Of a DNA stretch of 47,300 nt, positions 26,601 through 35,900 are shown one piece after another. Each line of letters opens with the position of its first letter. The stretch's first letter is position 1. The notes under the pieces were generated by a model, which saw nothing but the letters and a program-made list of their open reading frames with translations, made no database searches and had not been told where the DNA came from. The DNA is from a virus (Duplodnaviria > Caudoviricetes): positions 1-47,300 of the IMG/VR virus record IMGVR_UViG_3300006947_000019; one strand, written 5' to 3'. A program made the position numbers and the translations under genes.

Positions 26601-29600
26601 ATTAAAGTCTCTCTGCTCTAAGTCTGAATCAGACTCTTGTGACTCTCTAGTATCAGGTTCTTTTTCGTTTTCCTCTTTAACCTCAGCTGCTGGAGTAGTC
26701 ATAACTTGTTGTAAGTACTCGTGGAAAGCGTTGACAGATTCTTGAACTTTGTTTTGGAGCTCTATCGCCCTGTTATTAGCAGGCACTCTCCTATCGAACT
26801 CTTCAATGTCACGCTTAATCCTATCAAGTTCTTCCCTTTTAGCTACAATACGCCCTGAGCTTTCAGTTAGTATTGCATCTACTAGATTATTAATCTCATC
26901 AGTTGTACGCTGTAACTCTTCTATTAAGAAGTCAAGGTCACCTTGCTCCATTCCGTCCGCGTCTAGAATCTTTAATTGTCCAGTCTCGAAGTCATAAACT
27001 TCCGCCAGAGCCTTCTCTACACTTTCTTTATATATCTTAAGGTTCTTCATTCCAATCTGAAGATTCTCTAAGTCTGAGTTTATAAGATCGAAGTACTCGT
27101 CAGCAAGATTGTTTTCCGCAACCATATTTCTAAGGTCATCCATTACTTCTCTATCCACTGTGAACTCCCCATCTTTTGTAGATAGTGCCAATTTAGATAG
27201 CTCAGACTCTGTGAAATATCCATCTTCTAACAGCTTGTCAAACATATCGGTAGCATTTAATGCACCTATATAGTCTCTAAGTGCTTCCATCTTATTCTCA
27301 TAAGACATACTAGAATCTACTACTCCTTGTATAGTTCGGATCTTTTCTGTGTTCTCATTTAGAACGCTTACTTTCTCCGTAAGTTTCTCCAGGGCCTTTT
27401 CTGCCTTCTGAATCTCTAATTCAATTTCAGCTTGAATGGCTCTTGCGCCTTCAACACCAAACATCCCACGTTTTCCAATAGAGTTTAGATTAACATACTC
27501 TCTATTTTGACGTGTAGTACGATTTTGGATGGCCTGTATAACCTTTGCACCTTGTTCAGTCAAAGATTTCACCTTCTCCTTAAGCAGTCTAAGCGCTTCT
27601 TTTTGTGTGTCTATATCTGAAGCCACACCTTCTTGTAAAACGTCCATAGAGGCCTCCAAACCTTCTAGGTTGATAGACTCTATACTTACCACTTTAATGT
27701 TGGTTCCCTCTTGTAGGAAATCTGCAGCATATGATTGGTAACTTCCGGCACCTTCTTTTAAAAGCTCTTCAATTACCTCGCGCTCTTCTTTAGCCTCAGT
27801 ACTGTCGTCGTCTTCTAGGGCCTTTAATCTTTTTGATAATCTAAAGTCTTCCGCTGTAGGAATTCTAACTAGCCCTTTACTGCTGTTATCCTTATAGATT
27901 ACTCTATAAGTTTTTGGTACACCGTCTTTAGTTACATAGTCAAATTCTATAATCTTACCTTTATACTTTCTAGATAAGGACTTCTGGTCTGGGTTCAGAG
28001 TTTCTTCCTCTTTCTTTGTAAGTACATCCTGTATAACGCTCTCACTTCTTTGTATAACTAAGTCACTAGAGTTAGGATCTCTTAACATTTCTGCAAGTTT
28101 AAGAGCTCTGTGGCGTCTAGCACGAAGTCTTCGTAAATCTTGTAGTTTTATAGTTAAGTCATCTTTGTTTTGTTCGTATCCTGCAGGGTCTTTTTGTTTG
28201 AATTCTTCTAAAATTTGAAGTTCTTCTGCGGACAGTTCAGGAGCAGTACCTTGCTTTATAGCCTTATCAAGTTCGATTAAATCTTCTCTGGCCTCATCAA
28301 GTTTTTCTAATACTGCATATGCGTCATCATCCTTACCTTCTTTTTCTAAACGTTCAGCTTCTTCTTCTAATCTAGCAGTCTCTATCGCCATCTCTTCTAT
28401 TACAAGCGCGGAATCCCCAGACTTAGTAAAGCTTTTTATACCAAGACGATTTTTAACACGCTGTCCTGACTTAGATTTATTCATTCTACTCTCTAGAGGG
28501 CCTCCAACATCCATAGCACTATACATAAAGTCTCTAAACCTCTGCTTAATACCTCTGTTATCTTCTTCATCCTGTACAAGCTTGTTAGTAGATTGGATTA
28601 CGCTTGAACCTGTAATCTTCTCAAGTTCTGTAATAAGCATTTCCTCTCTTGCATCCACATCCTTCATAGACGAGTATGCATGTGCAAGCATATTTCTATA
28701 CTTCTCAGTTATAGGTAGCCCTTCTGTAGCTTCGTACGCCGCTTTAATGTCCTCAGCCCGCTGTATATGCGAGTCGACAACTGTCTGCTTACGTTCATTT
28801 AAAAACTCTTCTCTATCCTTTTCAGATAGGTTATCTGTTTCTGATGCAAGGTTAAATTGAAGTTCAAAGGTGTCATTGTCCATGTTCTCAATCTCACCCT
28901 TTAGAATATCAGCCACATCTCCGTAGAATCCAGTCTTAAGTCTGTTTATTACATATGAATACCAAGAATCATGATCTGCATTTTTGTACTCGTAATCATT
29001 ATTAGTTGCAGAAGAGAAATCTCTCCTATCATTTGTACTCTTCTGATTAACTAGGTTATCAAAGTTAGCTTGTATAGCCGCTGCTGCTGACGGGTTATCG
29101 TTCATAGCTTTCACAAGCTTAGATACGGTCTCATCATTAGTTTTGATGTCACTCCAACCTTCTGTAGCGGAGAACCCTTGCCATCCCAGACCAAATTTCT
29201 TCTCACCAGTCTTAGAGTCAACCTTCGAGAATGAAGGAAGACCAAGTCCACCTAATATAAATCCTAAGAATATTTCTTTTTGTCCTTGGTATCCACCATA
29301 TGCCTCTGCAAAAGAGTCATCTGTGTGGTTTAGTATTGCGCCAATTGCTTCCATATTAGTAGGGTTTTTACCCTCAGTGTAGAAGTATTCTGCTGCGTGT
29401 TGTCCCGAAAGATTGGCAAGACCTTGTCCACCTTCTTCTACAAACCCCTCGTATAAAGGGCGTTTGAGCATAGAGTGTGCATGTCTTCCTATATTTCTAA
29501 ACTTTCCAAAATCTTTGTAGGCCTCTTTGTATACCTTTACACCATCTTTAAGATCTGCTACTACTTTGTTCCTAAAAGATTTGTTTGCAGTACGCATACC

Positions 29601-30647
29601 TTTCCCAAAAATCCTAGGAAACATCAAGAAGTTACTATACCCTACAAGCGCTGCATTTGCAGCAAATACACCATTAGAAGTTTTAACTGCTATTTGATGC
29701 ATTTCTGCAGTTTCTTGCTCTGATATAGGAGTGTTCGGATTATCTACAGTGCGAAGATGTTTGAGCCTTTCCATGGTTTCATCGTAGTTCCCTCTAGCTT
29801 CTACACCAGATTCATAAAACGCACCTGTTGCCAATTGGCGTACAGACCTTAACCCGTCATAAACAGCCTGTTTATTGGCTGCCTTTTTAATAGTATCTAA
29901 TCCTGTCAGACCTTTTTGCCCCAATAAGGATTTATTCCCCTTAGTTGCAAGAGTCTTTAGGGTCTTTGCAGCCCTGGTAGTTGCCAAAGCATGCCCCATA
30001 CCTGCAGTTAGATACTCAGATATTACAGCACCTGCAACAAATGATAATCCATTAGCAAGTCCATCAGTCCAGAAGTTAGCTGCACCGGAACCAAAAGCTT
30101 GCCCAAGCACATTCTGCTCAGTTTCGTATGATGTATAATAGTTAGGAAGTTCTTCTCTTAGGTGGTCGTTAATTCCATCTAAACTTCGTTGGAAGTCATT
30201 ATTAAAAAACTTATTCAAGCCCTCAGAACTTGGGCCTTCTTTATAGAAATCATTTGCTACTTCGTTTATACCTACACCTAACCCTATGGTAGAACCTACC
30301 ACATTGGTGAATATACTAACAGGCATCTTAACCCCGTACGATCTAAAAGCTTTTTCTGCAACACTTTGCCCCTCAGCTCTATAGTCATCTACATTAGCAT
30401 CATTTATGTTAAACGGACGATCTATATATTTATCGTAACTCTCAAAATCCTTTTCCTCCCCATACGTGTTCTTACCACCTGTGGCCATATCAGACATACT
30501 ACCCAATCTACTACGACTGAGTTCACCTTCTGTTGGAGGTAATGTATTGGCATTATTAGGTTGGGCAGTTGCCGCATCTGCAGATAAATCTTCAGGACTT
30601 AATAAATCATCATCGTAAAAACTTCCAGTTTGTTTTTTATTTGCCAT
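17631..30647 (-). CDS. Giant virion protein with crAss-type two-barrel DNA-dependent RNA polymerase and zincin protease motif
   Basis: GFRIPTEG followed by AGSDYDIDKM (DxDxD at 20256-20270, cf. DFDID of phi14:2 gp66); YHESYH...EWLAEEF at 24288-24302; hydrophobic helices in the N-terminus. Confidence 0.9.
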   Translation of the reverse strand: MANKKQTGSFYDDDLLSPEDLSADAATAQPNNANTLPPTEGELSRSRLGSMSDMATGGKNTYGEEKDFESYDKYIDRPFNINDANVDDYRAEGQSVAEKAFRSYGVKMPVSIFTNVVGSTIGLGVGINEVANDFYKEGPSSEGLNKFFNNDFQRSLDGINDHLREELPNYYTSYETEQNVLGQAFGSGAANFWTDGLANGLSFVAGAVISEYLTAGMGHALATTRAAKTLKTLATKGNKSLLGQKGLTGLDTIKKAANKQAVYDGLRSVRQLATGAFYESGVEARGNYDETMERLKHLRTVDNPNTPISEQETAEMHQIAVKTSNGVFAANAALVGYSNFLMFPRIFGKGMRTANKSFRNKVVADLKDGVKVYKEAYKDFGKFRNIGRHAHSMLKRPLYEGFVEEGGQGLANLSGQHAAEYFYTEGKNPTNMEAIGAILNHTDDSFAEAYGGYQGQKEIFLGFILGGLGLPSFSKVDSKTGEKKFGLGWQGFSATEGWSDIKTNDETVSKLVKAMNDNPSAAAAIQANFDNLVNQKSTNDRRDFSSATNNDYEYKNADHDSWYSYVINRLKTGFYGDVADILKGEIENMDNDTFELQFNLASETDNLSEKDREEFLNERKQTVVDSHIQRAEDIKAAYEATEGLPITEKYRNMLAHAYSSMKDVDAREEMLITELEKITGSSVIQSTNKLVQDEEDNRGIKQRFRDFMYSAMDVGGPLESRMNKSKSGQRVKNRLGIKSFTKSGDSALVIEEMAIETARLEEEAERLEKEGKDDDAYAVLEKLDEAREDLIELDKAIKQGTAPELSAEELQILEEFKQKDPAGYEQNKDDLTIKLQDLRRLRARRHRALKLAEMLRDPNSSDLVIQRSESVIQDVLTKKEEETLNPDQKSLSRKYKGKIIEFDYVTKDGVPKTYRVIYKDNSSKGLVRIPTAEDFRLSKRLKALEDDDSTEAKEEREVIEELLKEGAGSYQSYAADFLQEGTNIKVVSIESINLEGLEASMDVLQEGVASDIDTQKEALRLLKEKVKSLTEQGAKVIQAIQNRTTRQNREYVNLNSIGKRGMFGVEGARAIQAEIELEIQKAEKALEKLTEKVSVLNENTEKIRTIQGVVDSSMSYENKMEALRDYIGALNATDMFDKLLEDGYFTESELSKLALSTKDGEFTVDREVMDDLRNMVAENNLADEYFDLINSDLENLQIGMKNLKIYKESVEKALAEVYDFETGQLKILDADGMEQGDLDFLIEELQRTTDEINNLVDAILTESSGRIVAKREELDRIKRDIEEFDRRVPANNRAIELQNKVQESVNAFHEYLQQVMTTPAAEVKEENEKEPDTRESQESDSDLEQRDFNYAPSVLALPFLKTAGNHVAALATVEELENKEDLSPQEKLQLQHAQAQTRFYKFNEELTDWSSKTGYRLLVVTKNNVVNAELADDVIFYDSSAKNDPYRKVSNLTANTDTELDDIKVIVVDSNLQPVQFDGGIVYTSLPTSSLFDADGKYRYASDKDLKEDGTPKEAVLAESEKYKKVRSDIVNTVTQPMYTYIKGKGKGVPVLSPDGPGGALHRVVEKEQEVQHIDLKVATSAKAKDTNKRPGGRTVITVGNQQWSVKNGFIYMAAGSFSTTNDSKGYNGNLVKGSLSTLSESQQQNVYNLLRVFAQGDVAIKAGTATKEEVMHPGDANKGVQAILKDIIFFGKSAKERTLTQFSIYFENDTVVFGDKYITFQDLAFPEKAEGINGQLKEFLGDLMTHVNANTLDKDSKARSTTRTENNKKRKKSKGKKYKKSVIEYDPFIEVTVNDDLTVETKEWNNYTEFLLSGAGRADKSDIPVKVDMVTKKDGEKNAPQYRNMYMKHGITGVGSLKSTSEMDDAADNANDSRPDPYVDNSDTTVNENGEVVETTQSPLNDEEFAAIVEQIQGAPEELTFTVNETIEYDGKVYEPGSTFTINVPNVVDALKPGLDEYKVNELYIAILRHAGLEVPGLTAAVNENQVVDSSAIESVGGKVVDPTVVPNGGKKFGFEQSDGNDTTIDSADVDAQDDAFDDIGDDSDDSPFMLDRFEATEGIDLETQLAWFEANMPTDLISIEMVRGLIDGKGIGKFTKNSKILLSDMMNVSGVVYHESYHAITLKFLTPAERGALYAEVRNRTGKAMTFKGEMKALSTFTDKEADEWLAEEFREYVMSDGLYNVGSRVKKSFIQRMFDRMLRLISFFSDPTKVEELFTNIDNGFYSQPSTEVSILNTTSEAYMTMQTISPTLNRNSMEGMTAHVFQLAAEKDFFTVEDFFSKGKLPKITGHILSLYGGPNKGRGKVYSRLIGSINKEVRGLKEQPDTPETRRKLDILRRTRIEVTNNWTFLIKEHIAYLEKWSITLDSEVKATFEEDTETRDSLHGIAAHEINPNTSMPLPLKLLLSTLPKSEVNTSGMPRLADFGNTMAYLYNELAGMQENEILPKLVSLQNNRKEIAFLLGRLGLNKDLQTLSGPKIKMLTQFLMQFNQSNNEFLMSLISSDGSKTLINSNSDRVNTQIKRAWELNFKDVLRAGVGKMVKGKLVVNINKKIYEGKSIKEWSTTPMTGEQASKVLSVIGIKFSNVPAFIEEYEDEVEVSNAVKYVLEELSANADMTAILEGDIQANINTLVEVELANTTQAIDLQHRTPEGKTAYGITLKTSMDNIAEKYNSSSEAVEAALEFDNYKGSYWLQSKRDNPLLDFKVHVIEGAKENKVGGRAKHISKTSPSDIAALHANLILQGIHPVIRTSDKKTEYAFSLDGLTPDFRMSEGKIVAVLQGYLADEIRLAGKQLRNPKSRLNRIKGLDKQGKNLRFFNGIVSVPTSQLKKATTESKIEDILKQNKAAIKSFVAAETLRNFQALIDLGVVQEISEGVAEDTEFGMAYSKGRYKNVGIENKVVTQVQKVYRDKNENGVDMDMQTFMGLASQLTYLHMIGVNEQAKLLLGDLALYTDLFKRTAGMSGTKTYPTSNAELLAWMNTNMPNLGHTKDHNEKLVVAHRADVKVDSPYLNKYIAAVLALNPDANTKSIQEAYTDMEEFDGGGFIHLDAYRSLLWRVGKWSDEQENVYQKIMAGEELGPEEIAYMPPLKPQVFAPFVEDNVELRTFHKFALFPLMPQLMPGTTFAEINDDMTANNIDYMIFESVVKVGGVKNEEGEFDAFYENGLYKPMELDDNGAPKNTQTFDFSELGIQLEIAPKTKSETTMGVQSTAMLPINVYENGVVSERYAKHKGFQNIINDWHSTNEEIVKRDLANLKKRLGIVNGKMTSAVKFKNVLLDELQRRDTPKHTLLGIEALLEGDVKFINQLFEKNKIETLLYAVVTNNVVRRKMPGDMMVLQASTGLESGTRILKQNDADEWARLGLEEEVKRLKVLKFYEPVPGEKTLRMQVMVPHKYKELLGEHIDINDPRIDPELRNLIGFRIPTEGLNSIDAIEIAGFLPPQFGSVVMVPTEIVGKAGSDYDIDKMSLYFPNYVYDKGTEEVNKVQYLDDSNSDAMQRLRVMEESKESTVKGDLKEFKKLPLAQQNIKAALQNRAQDIMAEVLLHPESFDQLITPVGAFEVKDIADEIRVLRNKGNAINKKNFSEMLTFGNMVNQSYRMWSGLGGTGIVATSATSHAKSQRVGLAISNEMDISVNFQGFTDNNNRFLSRVADINGGRTVNSVMAEYISGYVDVTKDDFVFDINAGVSYAPIHMFLLRAGVPIKSLLYFMSQPVIDDYVKLKDTKQSMAANVASGKKDDSAYLSNAKIKEALESKYGKLEEGSEPVMFRPDLLRSMIENNANGELSPLEKTYQSQVLADFLRYKEYADNLFMLNNATKYDTSKLRSGANVKYIQALSRRVKESNFFEGSSLERMTSSSSETPNLIAALKQTFDQAPSFFKEVDAKEFNLQIASKMESLAYELTNPEYRNTGDDVVAHLQKFDSFIGSHIIQNTIAVQERGKIADLIAPLFQGDNSLPNRILQAKKEPILRENLLIQEFYPMLQGVVDPSHPEFDIDNLKLFSKKLATVDVDLLSDAFLELKEMSPKLAEDILLFSLLQSGFDFSPIAFFQILPSTEVIDLLAPYFSKFKTYGLEENIDVIYENFVQNNYYDARVVTSVRAFNNDNTTIAFNKGEMNLNSKELYVTVSMPGGETTVGSITKQEYITKLFKLYDEAEDGKGIYRELALKGKKQFLVNAGSTIRKDNAAGLNTLDLNKKVEAILDKGKPVLLMDKSIIPPGKYRTPGDGIVEVAGALGSFNRNGISKGKASKILSIKGIGKAALEQFAQLTGHESLSDLLKNPAYKDFAAGKFVTLHMVQPIRASYFTKAAKYNHIKGKKLAFNAVTEGETQKVINEEECNQ

Positions 30648-30649
30648 AT

Positions 30650-32944
30650 CTATTTTCTGTAGTGTCCGTTTATTGCATTGTCATCAAGTATTCTTTTTTT
30701 AACAGCTAAAGCTTTTTGTCTATATGCGTTCTTATACATAGGAAGAGTACTTCCATCCAAAGGTACGTATTTATTCGTAGCAGGGTCTAAAAATTCTTTA
30801 CCTCCTTCGATGTCCCGTAAAGTAGAGCCATCTGTATACCCAGGATCGTTGTACAATTCTTCTAGTATTAAAGCATCTTTCTCATAACCCATCTGCTCTT
30901 TTGCTGCATCTAGCCCAATCCTTTGTGCAATGACATGCTGTCTAGTGTCAAAATACGACCTAGTAGTTAGCTCTTCTCCGTTATTTTTACGAGATTGGAG
31001 TCTGTTTAAAACTCGTTCATTATCTACAAAGCTGTAATCTTGCATATTCTCAGCAATATCTAAAGACCATCCTGATACATCCTTATTAGACTTAGCTTGA
31101 AGCATAGTAAACTTTGTTTTTGCATCTTTACCATCTCCTACTACATACTTAACTTTCATAGATGCAGGAACATTACGTAAAGGGTCTGCTACATACGCAG
31201 CTGTAATCTCTGTTCCAGATCCCCAGTTATCCTTAACAGTTTTTCGAATGTTAGCATCTTTGAGGGTAAGGTTAAAGTTAGCTTCAGGGTCTGAAGAAGA
31301 TAACGATTTATTGAATGCAGTTCTATACTTAGCTCCTTCCGGGCTAGCATCAAATCTAACACCTTCTCTAGTTACATATGGACCGTTAGATTTCCAACCT
31401 TCATCTAAAGCATCTCCACCTTTATCTGTTTTAAACACATACATAGCTTTTGATAGCTCCTGCATTTTATTTAGATCTGCCTGTGTCCAATTAGCATCAG
31501 GCATAAGCTTGTTAAGTTCGTCAAGTTTACCCACCTCGTCCATAAGCTGATCTGACTCAGAATCTGTAAACCAACTAACAGGATTGTACCAATCTGCTCC
31601 TTCTTGGGATCTCTCCCAATCTCTAACGTTATTTAATCCTTTAACTTGATCATATATCTGGTTAGCAGATTCAGCTGTAAAACCTGCAGCTAGTCCAATT
31701 GCTCCAACAGTAAGTGCTCCAGCTGCTCCAGTAAATGCTGCAAATGGTCCTGTTGGAGAACCTACAGCTAGCCCTATAGCTAACCCCGTAGCAACTCCTC
31801 TAGACCCCCAAATTCCAGTTTTAGAAGCTATCTCACCATAATCTACCTCGTTAAAAGTAGAGTTAGTACTAGAGGTTAACATGTTAACAGTTTCAAACAG
31901 TTGTAAGTATCTGTCATTACCCTCTGCATCAGCCTGCTCTTGAAATTTAGAATATACGTTATTGTACTCCGTTAACGCCGCTGTGTTACCAGTTTTTCTA
32001 GCAATTTCTGTATACGTATCTTTCCTTAATCGCATCAACTCTTCTCTAGCAGCATCCTTTTCTTCTTCAGGCGCATCAGATTTTGTGATACCTAAGTAGT
32101 TAACAGAACTATTAAATGAAGATTGTGTTTTTAACTCATTCTGGTCAATACCTTCCGTAACAAATTCTGCCTTTTGTGTTCTACCACCTGGACCTACCGG
32201 ATCTCCCACAGTATTTTCATACTCAGCTTGTCTAGTAAATGACCTTAATCTTTCTTTAATGTTAGACTCTGTCATTGCCATAAGCTCCTCATTAGATGCA
32301 TCAGGGTGAGCCTGTCGTAATTGTAAAATTGCTAATCTTCTAAAGTCTTGATTCCCTACTTGACTTTGTATATAGGTATTATATACATCATCAATATATG
32401 AATCACTAGCGTATTTATCAACACCAAAAGATTGGACTAATGAGCCCATCTCTCCGTTATAATCTAACTCCATCTCACTTTGAGGTTGATATGGATTCTC
32501 CACGTAGTTACCTGACTCATCTTGCACGTATGATTGGTGCTGATCAAACCTCTGGCTCCCAAAGTCCCAAAAATTATTACCGTTAAGGCGCTCATTGTTT
32601 ACAAACTCCATCTCTTTTTTTCTAGTATTGTACGATGCCTGTCCAAGCTGTACTCCTCTATTAGCAAATAAAGAGTTCGTAGCGTCATCTATTGCTAGCG
32701 ACGCCGAACCTGATTCCCAATTACCTTGCTGCGAGTACGAACTTAAAATTCCTTCCCCCTCAGCTTTAGCATTATTTACTAGGAACTCATCTCCTTTTCC
32801 CACTTGTACCTGAGAATATGCTCTATCCAACAAAGACTTTTTTTCTAATGTCTTATCGTATCTATCTCTCAAGACTTCTGCAACTTTTGAGTATCCCGGA
32901 TCGACATACTGACTTTGCATTGGGGTAAGATCTATTTTTGCCAT
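30650..32944 (-). CDS. Putative ejected cargo protein with glycine-zipper hydrophobic hairpin
   Basis: Position between cargo genes; GVATGLAIGLAVG...GAAGALTVGAIGLAAG segment. Confidence 0.65.
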   Translation of the reverse strand: MAKIDLTPMQSQYVDPGYSKVAEVLRDRYDKTLEKKSLLDRAYSQVQVGKGDEFLVNNAKAEGEGILSSYSQQGNWESGSASLAIDDATNSLFANRGVQLGQASYNTRKKEMEFVNNERLNGNNFWDFGSQRFDQHQSYVQDESGNYVENPYQPQSEMELDYNGEMGSLVQSFGVDKYASDSYIDDVYNTYIQSQVGNQDFRRLAILQLRQAHPDASNEELMAMTESNIKERLRSFTRQAEYENTVGDPVGPGGRTQKAEFVTEGIDQNELKTQSSFNSSVNYLGITKSDAPEEEKDAAREELMRLRKDTYTEIARKTGNTAALTEYNNVYSKFQEQADAEGNDRYLQLFETVNMLTSSTNSTFNEVDYGEIASKTGIWGSRGVATGLAIGLAVGSPTGPFAAFTGAAGALTVGAIGLAAGFTAESANQIYDQVKGLNNVRDWERSQEGADWYNPVSWFTDSESDQLMDEVGKLDELNKLMPDANWTQADLNKMQELSKAMYVFKTDKGGDALDEGWKSNGPYVTREGVRFDASPEGAKYRTAFNKSLSSSDPEANFNLTLKDANIRKTVKDNWGSGTEITAAYVADPLRNVPASMKVKYVVGDGKDAKTKFTMLQAKSNKDVSGWSLDIAENMQDYSFVDNERVLNRLQSRKNNGEELTTRSYFDTRQHVIAQRIGLDAAKEQMGYEKDALILEELYNDPGYTDGSTLRDIEGGKEFLDPATNKYVPLDGSTLPMYKNAYRQKALAVKKRILDDNAINGHYRK

Positions 32945-32953
32945 AGTTTAGTT

Positions 32954-35900
32954 TTATGATTGTTGTACTCCGTAGATGTTGTAACCGTCATCTGTTGTGT
33001 GTCCGTCAGCGTAATCGCTTCTTTTCGTGTCGTCCAATTTATTAAACTCTAAGTGGAAATGCTCGCCATTCGAATTAGTAGTCTCATCTATAAGCTCTGC
33101 GTTGTTAGCTTGTAAGAATGCTCTTCCTTTTACGCTTAACTTTTTACGGTCTCCATCCCAGTCATCAAAGAAATATTTAACCATTGCTTTACCATCTTTA
33201 TCCTTAACTCCAAAGTCTACAGCATTACCTGTAGCGTGTAAAGAGTCTTTGTTGTATAACGCATGGTTTTTATCTCTTGTAGCACTAGTGATCATAAACC
33301 CTTCAGTTCCATAATCTTCTTGTAAAAGAGCCTGCTCTAAGTTGTACATCCCTACACCAGCTTGATCGCCGAAGTTACTGTTTTTTACGTTCCTAGTTTT
33401 TATATTAAGGTCCTTATTCATCTTCTTATGCCCACTTCTAAATGCAAGATCATATGTACCAGTTACACCAAGGTTATCTTTAGTAGTAGCCGCTTCAGGA
33501 ACCTCCGTAGAAGACACTACTTCGGGTACAGTGTTTCCAGTCTCTCCTGCATCATTTAGATTATACTCGCCTTTCTTATAAGCTTCCATCTGTTTACGCA
33601 TATCTGCTGGTGTAAGTGCTCTACCTAAAACTCCAGAGCCACCGTCAATTGTTTCAGCAAATAATATACTTGCATCGTATGCTTTTCTATCTCTAATAGA
33701 AGTGTTTATATTCTCTGCTGCTGTCTGTAACGCTTCAACTTTGTTAGCTTTTTGGTCTTCCGACATTTGCACGTTTGCCATATCTGATTGCAGTTTAATC
33801 TTCTTCATATCTAGCTCGTTACCTACATTTGTAACATCCGCTTTGAATTGAGAGTCTGCGTTCATATTATCAATAGCTATATCACCTTTGTTTTCTTCAG
33901 ATGATACATTCTGATTTGCAATCATTTTTCTATCGTAAGCTGACATAAGATTAATCATATCTGCAGGTCCCCCTCCACTAGTCTTAATATATTGGGATAC
34001 CTTTTGGAAGTCTCTCTCGTTTTGAGCACGTACTTCATTCATGTTAGTATACTTAAATACAGGAGCTTCTACAGGAGTCACAGACCCTTGAGCAGGCATC
34101 TGCCCAGGAGTCATAGTATACGCCGTCATTGGCGCTAACATACTAGCTGCTAGTCCAAGTTTATCTTCCGTTGCATACTTATTTGCTAATAGGTTTCCAT
34201 TAGATGTAACATTTGACGCTTCGTCATTAGTATATCCATTACCTACTTGCCCAGCTGCACCACCTACTTGATCGTTAACACCTTCAGTTAAAGAGTTGAA
34301 CTCTTCCATTTCTGCTGCAGGAAGGTTATTACCAAGCTCTATATCCCTCATATTGTACCGCACCATGTCCTCATTGGGACCAAAGTACGAAGCAGGGGTG
34401 TCATAGGCAGTACCTTGAAAAGAACCCCCTTGATGTTTCATTCCGCCCTCTTGCTTCTTACCAAAGTTTCTAGCATATTCTGCCTTATCAGCTTCTAGTT
34501 TTCCTGTCCAAAACGAGCTACCGTAGTCTCCTGCGTCACCGCCTCTATATTTCACAAAGTTACCTTTTGGGTCTACATCGTTAGTAGTAGAAACTCTTGT
34601 ATTATCTACCTTAGATGGAAAGCCACCTTCTTGAGCTATCTTACTTGGATCATCTCCTCTTGCAACTTCCTGACTGGCAGCCAAGGCATTAATCTGTTCT
34701 TGAGTACCGCCCGAAGCTATTAATCTCTTATGCGCGTCTGCATATGAATTTCCTCCATATTTTTTAGAACCATCTGTATTTACATAATCAGAAAAATAAT
34801 ATGGCATTTGAGCTCCACCATGTTTTTTGCTTGATACGCCGTCTTTAGTTTCTCCGTGTTCTACTTCAGATGTGCCATCGTTAATCCCACCAGCACTGTG
34901 GCGATTGCCTTTAAATTCTACAGCATCAGACCCTGGAATATTAACAGCCATTCCGCCATCAAGTTTCATTCCACCTTCTTTAAAACCAAAAGTGTTTTTA
35001 AGGAAATTACGTAATCCACTTTGAGTGTTTCCGTACTTCGACATTCTACGTGAATCTCTGTCAGATTTCCTGGTGTCCTGATTACGCATATCCTGTCTAG
35101 TATTCATTAGAGAGGTTCTGTAGTTATTGTTGTTTATAAAGTTCTTTCTATAATCAGAACGCTCTTTTCCTGAGGCACTGTAGTTAGGGTTATTGTTACG
35201 CCCTTCACTTAGAGTTACACCGTCTAATTTCATACGCTCTTGCATAGGTTTTGTAGTTGTAGTTGTACCTTCCATGTTCCAATCTATACCATCCGTAGGG
35301 GATACCCATGAGGAGCCAGCAGGTTTTGTAGTCTCTCCTCCGTAAAGGCTAGTATTCCAAGAACTAGTTGTTCCGTCATCATTACCATAATTCTGGTTAA
35401 GATTTCCTGTGTACCTGTTAATTCCCTGGCTGTACTCTTCCCTAGATATTTCGGCGCCTCCATCTTTATACTTCATTCCTCCATGCTTAGCTTGCATAGC
35501 AAAATTACCTTCTTCACTTTTTAAAGTTCCACCCATATCTGCATTACTATCAGATAAGTTTAATACATCTTGTTTACTATTTTCTCGTTGAGCAGTAGTA
35601 TTTAGATCTGAATCAGTATCAGCAGTACGTCTTATCTTATTCCTAGCTGCCCCTCTCTCTACTATAGATTTACCTATATCTACTATGGCTGTTAAGTCTC
35701 CAGACAGCAGTCTACCACCATGTCCTGCCATTTCTGCCGCAGTGTATGTGTGTGCGTTACCGTCATTTGTCACACTATCAACTATTGACCCAAGAGGACC
35801 AGTACCGCCACTTCCACTACCACTGAGCATACTTGCAGGGTCCATCCCATCGCCGATACCATGAGAAATATTACCATCTGCTCCAGTTGTATAGTCGTAT

